From assembly GCF_006345805.1 (NCBI RefSeq), contig NC_043023.1, positions 1,674,001-1,738,000 on the forward strand: a stretch of 64,000 nucleotides of DNA, given 5' to 3'. Of the stretch, positions 53,837-64,000 are shown in pieces. Position 1 is the first letter of the stretch. Each line of letters begins with the position of its first letter. Made by a program: the position numbers and the translations under genes. This DNA comes from Octopus sinensis. Taxonomy: Eukaryota. Below the pieces are notes generated by a model that searched no databases, had not been told where the DNA came from, and was given only the letters and a program-made list of their open reading frames with translations.

Positions 53837-53945
53837 CTGGTTTCTGAGAGAACCTACGCTGTTTGACATCGTAGGTACCTGGTCCGACATGGCTTGGAGT
53901 GCTACCAATAACAATGCTGTAGTCACGTGCTGATTTGTCATACAT
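53837..53945 (-). CDS. STPG2: First coding exon of a sperm-tail PG-rich repeat protein 2-like gene
   Basis: MYDKSARDYSIVIGSTPSHVGPGTYDVKQRRFSQKP-G resembles the recalled vertebrate STPG2 N-terminus (MYDRAPR..GSTEEHVGPGTY); 109 nt ending CCAG|gtattt (phase 1); polypyrimidine tract and AG acceptors just upstream of the ATG. Confidence 0.8.
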
Positions 53946-54539
53946 GCTGTTGAGAGAAGCTACAGGTGCCGGCAGGGGAGGAAAAGACAGAAGAAAAGAA
54001 AGGAAGTTTTAGCCAATAGACATCATAATGGAGAATCTTCAGCTACATAATCACTAAACTAGTTTCATCTTCTCATCATCCACATACAACACACCCACTT
54101 TTCCATGCTTGTGTAGGTCGGATGGAGTTTATTGAGGCAGATTTTCTATGGCTGGGATGCACTTCTTGTCATCTATTTCCAAGCAAGGTGATAATTCCCC
54201 AGGACCAGATACAGAATTGTGAAATATTGGAAATGACAAGGCAACACGAAAACATACAACTCTGATCATGAATAAATTGTACTTTATCTCCGGTCTTTAT
54301 CATATTCATTTAATACAGAAGTATCTCAGTTTACAAACACCCCTGATCATGAATAAATTGTGCTTTATATATATATACATAAAGCACGATTTATTCGCAA
54401 TCAAAGTTGTTCAAGAACTGACGTACTACTGTGTATATTATATATATATATATAAGTTCAGCAAAAATTTAGATTCAAGTGAATCTAAATTACTGGAGTC
54501 ATTCTTGTTGCTTATTTTGATATGTTACATGTATGCATG

Positions 54540-54610
<71 letters not shown>

Positions 54611-54770
54611 GTGTGGTTATGAAACCTAGCTGTTCTTTCTAGTATGATGAATCCCACGAGTGGATTCCTTACGTGGAAACAGCTGTAAGCCAAATTTGCT
54701 CCAATAAAGGAAAATATATGTAATAAACACTATTTAAACTTGTTTCTTATACATATGTATATATTCATAT

Positions 54771-54802
<32 letters not shown>

Positions 54803-54894
54803 AAGTTAATCCAAACAAGAAAACACAAAGAGAAAACACAACACAAGGACGTGGAACAAATATAGTATTATTGGACGCTCAGGAAAGAAGGAGG

Positions 54895-54930
54895 GATTAA
54901 CATTTCGAGCGGAGCTCTTCGTCGGAAACA
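54895..54930 (-). ncRNA. Degenerate minimal hammerhead motif
   Basis: guuu CCGACGA a gagc-ucc-gcuc GAAA u GUU aauc; U4 mutated. Confidence 0.4.
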
Positions 54931-55405
54931 TAGGAGAAGGAAAGATACAGAGAAGGGAAGACAGAGGAATATATACATATGTATAAGCAACAAGTTTAAA
55001 TAGTGTTTATTACATATATTTTCCTTTATTGGAACAAATTTGTCTTACAGCTGTTTCCAGTAGTCATTATAAGAATAATTATACCTATAACTACCACTTG
55101 AAATAGCTGTAAGGCAAATTTGCTCCAATAAAGGAAAATATATGTAATAAACATTATTTAAACTTTGTCTTATATATCACACTGTGTAAAAACCAGTTTG
55201 TGTGGAGCCCATATACAGATTTACAATATAGAATTATGGTGAACTGTAGCCTTGGAACCTTCCAAAAGATTACCTAGAGTTCTTCACTAATCTAAACGAT
55301 ATTCTTAGCCTGGTGTGTGCCAACAGAGAGCTTATGAAGTATTTTGACCGGATTGATAATCTCTGACTATTTGTTATGCTTTAAACACACACACACACAT
55401 ATGTA

Positions 55406-55457
<52 letters not shown>

Positions 55458-55861
55458 CATATCAAAGGGAAATGGAAATTAATAGAAATTTTCACTTCCA
55501 GTGGCCTAGTATGTAAAAATTTAGTCCAAAGACTATGTATTACTCATAAAACACAGTGTACATTTAAACACATAAGGAATCCACTCGTGGGATTCATCAT
55601 GCTAGAAAGAGCAGTTAGGTTCCATAACCACATATATATATATATATATATATATATGAAAAAACAAGTCAAGATAGAAAATGCTAAAATAATTTTATAA
55701 AGAACATTTCAGAACTTGTGGGTTCGAGGTCGTTGTGTAAACAAGAGAGACAGAGAAAGGCAGAAACAAGGAAAATGCCACTTGTAGTTGAACACTATAC
55801 AAATATTCTTTTAAAAAAACCTTTTCTTTTAATTTTTCTAAATTTAATTATTTAATCGTTA

Positions 55862-55898
55862 CAGTTGAAAAGGTCTCAAATGACTGAAACTGGTACTG
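55862..55898 (+). ncRNA. Minimal hammerhead motif with U3-A8 core (UUGAAAA)
   Basis: cag UUGAAAA gguc-ucaaau-gacu GAAA cug GUA cug; adjoins the right arm of the inverted repeat 55651-55712/55896-55958. Confidence 0.6.
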
Positions 55899-55980
55899 AA
55901 ATGTTCTTTATAGAATTATTTTAGCATTTTCTATCTTGACTTGTTTTTTCATATATATCAACTCGTGTGTTCCTTTTCAC

Positions 55981-56024
<44 letters not shown>

Positions 56025-56035
56025 CATGCATACAT

Positions 56036-56340
56036 GTAACATGCTGCCTAAATACCAATCTAGAGAAATTAGGTTTCTCAAAACCAGAAAGGAAAAAGCT
56101 GATTTGAAGACTACAGATCCAATGCATCACCGGAATTGTAAAAATCATTTAAGTATATATGCGCATGTGTAGGCATGCAACTACATGCATAATAATACAT
56201 ACATAAAACAAAACACAAATTTTCCCATACGAAAACACCCTTTTGATATTGTTGAAATGCTAAGGAAGGGGCCTTGGATCTAGGTTAGAAACCAGCTTTT
56301 TCTCCATTGGCAAGAAATCTTGAAATAAAACTGAATAATG
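56036..56340 (+). pseudogene. LINE 3' end (R4/Dong-like C-terminus plus UTR)
   Basis: LNTNLEKLGFSKPERKKLI*RLQIQCITGIVKII*, followed by a UTR ending aataaaactgaataat. Confidence 0.4.
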
Positions 56341-56500
56341 ACATATATACATACATCATGTAATCAAAGAGGGACTGGAGCAATGTGAAATAAAGTGTTT
56401 TGCACAGAAAGCGCAGCCCAGTCAGGGAATCGAACACACAATCTAGTGATTATGAGTGCAACAGCCTAACCACTAGGCCACATGCTTTCACATGCACACG

Positions 56501-56532
<32 letters not shown>

Positions 56533-56788
56533 ATTAATTAATAAGGGTGAGAGAATTAGATACCAATTTAATAGTATATCTATTCAACACCAAGTGGCCC
56601 AGTGCTCCGAGAAACCTGGATTATTATAATATTTTATAATATATTATAATATTTTTACATAAATAAATATAAGAGTAAATATAACAATCGTACTGACTTT
56701 CATGGGAAACATGTATTTTTGTGGTTGAAACCTTTTGGATTAACTAGTGCTAGAGTGAGCCATATAGTGACCACTCTCTTATATTTAT

Positions 56789-56819
<31 letters not shown>

Positions 56820-57191
56820 CTGGCACTATGACCCAGCAACGCCAGGTCATAGTGCTAGTGCATGCATATACAGCTGCGTGCGTGCGCACATAGACGCGAG
56901 TACTGTCCAAATCTCCGACCAATCACATACAGCTAGCTGGCATTCAATTAACGTATCAAGTTTCGGGCATTTTGATTGGGTTTTGGATAGAAAATTCACA
57001 AAAAAGTCACTTCTATTCATTTTTTAATGGCTTTGCAGGGTGACTGAGGAAATGTAACGATGTGCACAACCACCCTTGGACGCTTTTGAATGACCATAGA
57101 AAGTGCGAGCGCTCTAATTGAAAAATTGTGGATTTGTATAAAGGACATGCACGCACGCACACACACATTTTGCCATTTATATATATAGAGA
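56820..57191 (-). mobile_element. Non-autonomous Helitron with an extended palindromic 3' end
   Basis: A|TCTCTATATATATAAATGGC 5' end; 3' palindrome ctggcactatgacc-cagcaacgcca-ggtcatagtgctag. Confidence 0.75.
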
Positions 57192-57199
57192 TATATACA

Positions 57200-57430
57200 C
57201 AGAGGGTTGGCCAAAAGTGACTTGAAAGTAAATCAAAATTTCATAAATACTGTTATTCTGTATTGACTCGAATGGAAAAATGTGTCACCCACGAAGGACT
57301 TCAGCTTCAACAATTTTTATGAGGTTTCCTACTTAGATGCTGTATATTAAATGCATTCAATTGTTAAACATAAATAAATGTTGGAGTTGAATGGTTTTAA
57401 TTTACTGTCGGGTGAATTTGGCCAACCTTG
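57200..57430. mobile_element. Tc1/mariner-type MITE
   Basis: ~30-bp TIRs cagagggttggccaaaagtgac..agtaaa / tttactgtcgggtgaatttggccaaccttg|ta. Confidence 0.7.
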
Positions 57431-57441
57431 TATATACATAC

Positions 57442-57487
<46 letters not shown>

Positions 57488-57870
57488 GTATAGAATAAAA
57501 CTTTATATATAAAGAACGTGAAATACACGAACTGCCGAACACGGAAAACAGACAGTCATTCAGAGCCTTCATTCTTCAGTCAGAAACCGATTCATCATGG
57601 CAAATTTCGGCTGTTTAATTCTGAGATTTGCTCCAAAACGGCCAGATATATAAATGGAGTTAAGCCCAGGTGTTATTCCGTTTCTTTTAAGTGTGCATTT
57701 AACTCCATTTATTTATTTATATATATTATACAAAATATTTTATGTAAACCCGAAGTTTCTACCTTTAAAAACAAGGAGTTACAACCTTTTTACTCGTATG
57801 ATTTTTTGCTACCTGGTAACTATTTATATATTTTTTCCATGTTAATTGTTAACAAGGGAAAAATACCCAC

Positions 57871-57922
<52 letters not shown>

Positions 57923-58199
57923 TAATATACATATATATATACCGGAGTAAACACATAAATGTGAAACAAGGTAGAAAAAAGAGTACTCAAATACCAGGGG
58001 TAGAGTAATATGCTTTATTTAAAAGCAGAAGAAATTCAACAAATTTCTGCTGCTTTTAAGTATATATATTTATATATATATGCTTGTCCAGAATAGGACT
58101 ACACAGCCACAGCAGGAAATGTATCAGGACATGAAATATAAAAGCCGGACTAGATTATTTTATGCGCAACTCCATTGTCTCCCGAGACAAAAAGGATGC

Positions 58200-58249
<50 letters not shown>

Positions 58250-58343
58250 TCTGTTGTGTTTGGGGAGAATCATTTTCTTTTTGTGCCTTATAATTTAATA
58301 CACTCACCGGTAAAATTTCCACTTATTTCTTATTTTTATTTTC

Positions 58344-58380
58344 CTAAAATTTTCTTTGCATCTTGCAACCTTTTCAATAG
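58344..58380 (-). ncRNA. Minimal hammerhead motif with U3-A8 core, second family
   Basis: cua UUGAAAA gg uugca-aga-ugcaa a GAAA au UU uag; palindromic helix III AAUU. Confidence 0.5.
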
Positions 58381-58409
58381 TCTTGACTCTGTCCGAACAT
58401 GCTTTAAAA

Positions 58410-58570
58410 TGATCTCCGTAAAAATCTTCCCATTAATATTACATGTTGAATTATGTTTGAAACACCAGCTTAATAAGGGCAAAGTTATTTTAGTAAATTC
58501 TTCAATATTTTCAAAATTAATTGAAAAACAGCAATGTATTTCAAGAAAAATATGGTAACAAAAGTATTAA
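58410..58570 (-). mobile_element. Diverged relative of the 26.6-kb piggyBac-like MITE
   Basis: aaaatcttcc..aacaccagcttaata..aagttattttagtaaattctt matches the reverse complement of the array unit. Confidence 0.55.
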
Positions 58571-58611
58571 AGTGATCTAAATTTCATAATGCTTCTTATT
58601 CCAGTCATAAT

Positions 58612-59007
58612 CTTTTACTTGTTTCAGTTATTTGACTGCGGCCATGCTGGAGCACCGCCTTTAGTCGATCAAATCGACCCCGGGACTTATTCTTTGTAAG
58701 CCTAGTACTTATTCTATCGGTCTATTTTTTGCCGAACCGTTAAGTTACGGGGACGTAAACACACCAGCATCGGTTGTTAAGCGATGTTGGTGGGACAAAC
58801 AGACACACAAACATGCACACACACATACATATATATATATATACGACGGGCTTCTTTCAGTTTCCGTCAACCAAATCCACTCACAAGGCTTTGGTCAGCC
58901 CGAGGCTATAGTAGAAGACACTTACCCAAGGTGCCACGAAGTGGGACTGAACCCGGAACCATGTGGTTCGTAAGCAAGCTACTTACCACACAGCCACTCC
59001 TATGCCT
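58612..59007 (-). mobile_element. tRNA-derived SINE family A
   Basis: Full-length match. Confidence 0.9.
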
Positions 59008-59555
59008 ATATGATGAAATTAATTTACTAAATTTTTCATTGTTTTTAAAATCAACTGAAAAAAAGGCAGCGTATTTCAACAGCAATCATCATCATCATTT
59101 AACATCCATTTTCCATGTTGGCATGCGTTGGACAGTTTGACTGGAGGTGGCCACCTGAAGAGCTGCCAGGGCTTCATTTTGTCTGTTTTGGCATGGTTTC
59201 TATGGCAGGATGCGCTTCCTAATGCCAACCACTTTACAGAATGTACTAGGTCCTTTTTACACAGCACTGGCATTGTTGCATTTAAAGGGCATTGATGTGT
59301 CTTTTACTCTTAATTGTTTCAGTCATTTGACTGCGGCCATGCTGGAGCACTACCTTTTAGTCAAACAAATCGACCTTAGGACTTATTCTATCGGTCTCTT
59401 TTGCCAAACCACTAAGTTACAGAGATGTAAATACACCAGCATCGGTTGTCAAGCGATATTAGGGGAACAAACACAGACACATATATATATATATTCCAAG
59501 AAAGTTAGAGGTTGTGAATCCAACCAACTAAGGGATAATATCTACCCAATATACT

Positions 59556-59960
59556 TATTTCTTTACTACCCACAAGGGGCTAAACACAGAGGGGACAGAC
59601 AAACAGATTAAGTCGATTATATCGACCCCAGTGCATAACTGGTACTTATCTAATCGACCCCGAAAGGATGAAAGGCAAAGTTGACCTCAGTGTAATTTGA
59701 ACTCAAAATGTAATGGCAGACGAAATACCTATTTCTTTACTACCCACAAGGGGCTAAACACAGAGAGGACAAACAAGGACAGACAAACAGATTAAGCTGA
59801 TTATATCAACCCCAGTATATAACTGGTACTTATTTAATCGACCCCGAAAGGATGAAAGGCAAAGTCGACCTCGGCGGAATTTGAACTCAGAAAGTAGGGG
59901 CAGATGAAATACCGCTAAGCATTTCGCCCGACATGCTAACGTTTCTGGCAGCTCGCCACG
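59556..59960 (-). mobile_element. SINE family B with internal tandem duplication
   Basis: Junction cgaaatacc|tatttcttt near 59729. Confidence 0.85.
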
Positions 59961-60214
59961 TTAGTATATCTACACAATATACTGCTGGTAGAATACCCAA
60001 TTATTAATACACAAGTGTTATGTCATATATTTTAATAATTACTGGTATCTTTATATATTATATATGTAAAGCATAAAATGTTATACATGTATGCATATTA
60101 TTGTAATTGTCATTTTTGTAAATAAATAAATAAATTGACATAATGTAATATCTAAAAGTTGATAAATACCACCTATTGATACCCTCCATTTTCTTATTGC
60201 TTTCTTCTCTCTCT

Positions 60215-60276
<62 letters not shown>

Positions 60277-60363
60277 TTAGAGACAAAACCACTATTTTGC
60301 AAATCAAACAAGGAAAGACTTAATCAATACATAAAAAAATTTTAATATAAAGTAAATAAATCG

Positions 60364-60407
60364 CCACTACAATTGTTTCCTGTCTTCAAATGACATTCAT
60401 CAGGTGG
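60364..60407 (-). ncRNA. Minimal type-I hammerhead motif, intact core
   Basis: ccac CUGAUGA a uguc-auuugaa-gaca g GAAA caauu GUA gugg; palindromic helix III ACAAUUGU. Confidence 0.75.
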
Positions 60408-60876
60408 ATTTCATATCTAAAAATATATATATATATATATATATTTTAAAATTTGAGTAGTCCTGTCCTCTCTCTACAACACCAAAACCATTCTTCTCCA
60501 GCCCTTTTCTCTCATACTTTACTCCATTCTACCCCTTTTTCTCAATAAGCTTTCCTTTTAAGGTTATTCTATGAATCTGCCTTCAGCTTTGATGACCGAT
60601 TCAATGCAGGACCAGAATCATTGAAATGCTTGCCTTGTGAGTGAATATAGTTGATGGAAACTGAAAGAAGACTGGAGTCTGGCACAGCCCCTCAGCTCAC
60701 GGGCCGTAATCAAACCATCCAACCCATGCCAGCATGGACAACAGATGTTAAATGATGATGACGACGATGATGATGTGTGTGTTTGTCCCTCCCCGCTGGA
60801 AGGATGAAGTATTTTTTTTTTTTTGTACTTGTTTCAGTCATTTGACTGCGGCCATGCTGGAGCACCGCCTTTAGAG

Positions 60877-61038
60877 TGGTGAAAGAGTACAGCAGGGATC
60901 ACCACCTCCTGCTGGAGCCTCGTGGAGCTTTTAGGTGTTTTCGCTCAATAAACACACACAACGCCCGGTCTGGGAATCGAAACCGCGATCCTCCGACCGC
61001 AAGTCCGCTGCCCTAACCACTAGGCCATTGCGCCTCCA
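60877..61038 (-). mobile_element. tRNA-derived SINE family D
   Basis: Match to 35640-35812. Confidence 0.8.
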
Positions 61039-61098
61039 CAATGCTGTGGATCCTAAATGTTTTAATAAGGTTCAGTACCTTCCCCCAAACCTATATAA

Positions 61099-61350
61099 GC
61101 CTTATTCATTTCAGACATCACCTGGATGGTGGCTGCCTTCAACGGAGCTACAATACAGTAAAGATGTCAATTAGTTTTTTTCTAAATTGCTCCTAATTAA
61201 GTAGTAGTCCATGGGCTTTGCATTTGGCAAGTTTAGAGGTCTCAAATCTGGAGGTCACAAGTTTGGTGCTACATGGTCATAAATATTGACTGACATCCAT
61301 TCTTGAGTTATGTAGGTTTAGGGTAAGCTACTGAATCTTACTGAAACATG
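61099..61350 (-). pseudogene. Tc1/mariner-superfamily (DD37D/maT-like) transposase relic
   Basis: Broken frames MFQ*DS..ITQEWMSVNIYDHVAPNL*PP..KPMDYY..LKAATIQVMSEMNK, matching the FQQD..TQEW..WPP.SPDLNPLDY pattern. Confidence 0.7.
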
Positions 61351-61514
61351 TGTAGCTTTCTATAGCAGAGTTAATCCATCAAGTGGTGAGAGAAAAACAC
61401 AACACAAAGAGACACAAACCCACACTCTAACCTTTCCTCAACTGACACAAGATAATCTCCTCCAATGATCCCTCCTATCTCAAAGGATCTTAGTGACCCT
61501 GCCAGTGCTGGTGC

Positions 61515-61900
61515 TCTTCTACTCGTTTCAGCCATTTGAATGCGGCCATGCTGGAGCACCACCTTTAGTCGAGCAAATCAACCCCAGGACTTATTTTTTG
61601 GAAGCCTAGTACTTATTCTTTCAGTCTCTTTTGCCAAACTGCAAAGTTACGGGGACGTAAACACACCAGCATCGGTTGTTAAGCAATGTTGGAGGGACAC
61701 ACAAACATACACAAACACACACATATATACATATATACGACAGGCTTCTTTCAGTTTCCGTCTAACAAATCCACTCACAAGGCTTTGGTCGGCCCAAGGC
61801 TATAGTAGAAGACACTTAACCAAGGTGCCACGAAGTGGGAATGAACCCGGAACTATGTGGTTGGTAAGCAAGCTACTTACCACACAGCCACTCCAGCGCC
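61515..61900 (-). mobile_element. tRNA-derived SINE family A
   Basis: Near full-length match. Confidence 0.85.
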
Positions 61901-62557
61901 TGCGGTGTATAAAACACCGAGTCCACACTGTAACATGTCTGGAATTTGGAAGGGTATCCAGCTGTAAAACAACATGCCAAAACTAACCTCAACTGTGCTG
62001 GTGCCATGTAAAAAGGACTCAGCCCACTCTGCTGGTTGTTTGATGTTAGGAAGGGCATCCAGCCGTAAAAACCCTGCCAAAACTGACACAGAAATATGGT
62101 GCCTGGCTGGCTCCTGTCAAACCATTCAACCCATGCCAGAATGAAAGGTGGAAGTTAAACAATGATGATGATATCCTTCACAGGCTTCTTTCAGTTTCCT
62201 TCAACCAAATTCACTCACAAGGCTTTAGTAGAAGATACTTGGCCAAGGTGCCATGCAGTGGGATTGGACACAAGACCACATGGTTGGGAAACAAGCTTCT
62301 CAACCACACAGCCATGCCAGTGTGTATACGTACATATTTATACTTAACTATTTTTCTTTTATCTTTTGTTTCAGTTATTAGACAGCGGCCATCCTGGGGT
62401 ACAGCCCTAAAGAACTTCAGTTGAATGCATCAACCCCACTACTTATTTTTAAGCCTGGTACTCATTCCATCAGTCTCTTCTGCTGAACTGCTAAGTCAAG
62501 GAGAGATAAACACACCAACACTAGTTCTCGTGTGGTGGTGGTGGGACAAACACAAAG

Positions 62558-62626
<69 letters not shown>

Positions 62627-62633
62627 ATACACG

Positions 62634-62968
62634 TGCAAGAGTGGCTGTATAGTAAGAAGCTTGCTTCCCAACCACATGGTTCTCAGTTCAGTCCCACTGC
62701 GTAGCACCTTGGGCAAGTGTCTTCTGCTATAGCTTCGGACCGACCTAAGCCTTTGTGAGTGGATTTAGTAGATGGAAACTGAAAGTAGTCTGTCATATAC
62801 ACACACACACATGTGTGTGTGTGTGTATGTCTGTGTTTGTGTGTCTGTGTTTGTCATCCCACTATCGCTTGACAACAAATGTTGGTGTATTTATGATCCC
62901 GTAACTTAGTGATTCAGCAAATAAGACTGATAGAATAAGTACTAGGCTTACAAAGACTAAGTCCTGGA
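62634..62968 (+). mobile_element. tRNA-derived SINE family A (3'-truncated)
   Basis: Head and body match. Confidence 0.8.
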
Positions 62969-63645
62969 AGACAGTTGCTCAAGGTGCCAAGCAGTGGGAC
63001 TGAACCTAATAGCTTGTGCATGGGAAGCACACTTCCTACCACAAACACACACACCCATGTCAACATCACCATCGTTTAACATCTGCCTTCCATGCAGGCA
63101 GGAGTTGGAGGGTTTGACAGGAGCTGGCCAAGCAGATGATTGCACCAGATATCTGTGTCTGTTTTCATATGGTTTTTATGGCTGGATGCCCTTCCTAACA
63201 CCAAACATCTTGCAGAGCGAGCTGAGCACTTCTTATGTGGTACCAGCACAGGCAAGGTCAGTTTGGCAAAGATTTTACAGCTGGAAGATCGTCCTAGCAA
63301 GAACCATGCAACAAAAACAGAAATGGAAACATGGCATACAAAGTTCACTATTCAGATGTTAAATTGGCTTGCAACAGTCACAGGATCACAGGGAGTAACT
63401 ATGCTAAAACTGATAATTTCAACTCTCATAAAGCATTATTTCCCTCGGCAGTTTGTAGGCTTGAGAAAGGTATGATGTTTTTTTCCAATTAACATAATAG
63501 ATACAGAGGATGAGAAAAGAGAATTGGGTATTTTGGGAATGAATGACAATATTTATGGCACAGAGCAAAGATGATTATTGGATAGGAACAAACGAACGGT
63601 GAGAGGATCTTCATTGTAGACAAACAGAATATGTAGAAAGATACA

Positions 63646-64000
63646 TTGTGTAGATGTTGAGTGGACAGAGAGAGTAGATGTTGAGTGGACAGATGGACAC
63701 AGTGTGTGGATGTTGAGTGGACATAGATAGACACAGTGTGTAGATGTTGAGTGGACAGAGATAGACACAATGTGTAGATGTTGAGTGGACAGAGATAGAC
63801 ACAGTGTGTAGATGTTGAGTGGACAGATAGACACAGTGTGTAGATATTTAGTGGAGAGAGAGACACAGTGTGTAGATGTTGAGTGGACAGAGATAGATAC
63901 ATTGTGTAGATGTTGAGTGGACAGATGGACACAGTGTGTGGATGTTGAGTGGACAGAGAGACACAGTGTGTAGATGTTGAGTGGACAGATGGACACAGTG
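63646..64000. repeat. 30-34-bp minisatellite running off the window end
   Basis: gtgtagatgttgagtggacagagatagacaca units. Confidence 0.95.

Noticed and set aside
60586-60632. UUGAUGA..gauuc/gaauc..GAAA hammerhead-like relic
   Set aside because: Helices I and III do not form convincingly
1-64000. Hundreds of ORFs in the six-frame track
   Set aside because: Nearly all are translations of microsatellites (YIYI, LSIY, poly-M/D/I) or recurring SINE frames ([17 protein letters not shown]); there is no domain evidence

Overview
AT-rich eukaryotic genomic DNA saturated with repeats. The SINE repertoire and the (TA)n/(CA)n/(GATA)n/(GAT)n load resemble an Octopus (cephalopod) genome; this is pattern recognition, not a search result. 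There is a 100-N gap at 20624-20723. Almost every ORF in the track is a microsatellite or SINE artefact. The one convincing host coding exon is the first coding exon of an STPG2-like gene (minus strand, 53837-53945); no further exon of it was recognised. The rest is at least four SINE-like families, MITEs (hAT-, piggyBac-, Tc1/mariner- and PIF-like), non-autonomous Helitrons, LINE and transposase relics, and several minisatellites born from these elements. The most interesting hidden signal is about a dozen minimal type-I hammerhead-ribozyme (HHR) motifs of the Penelope-like-element kind, with short and often palindromic helix III, several inside inverted repeats. They include copies whose 3-8 core pair is covaried (C3-G8, U3-A8, G3-C8) and copies with a greatly extended helix II. 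All folding was done by eye and activity is untested.
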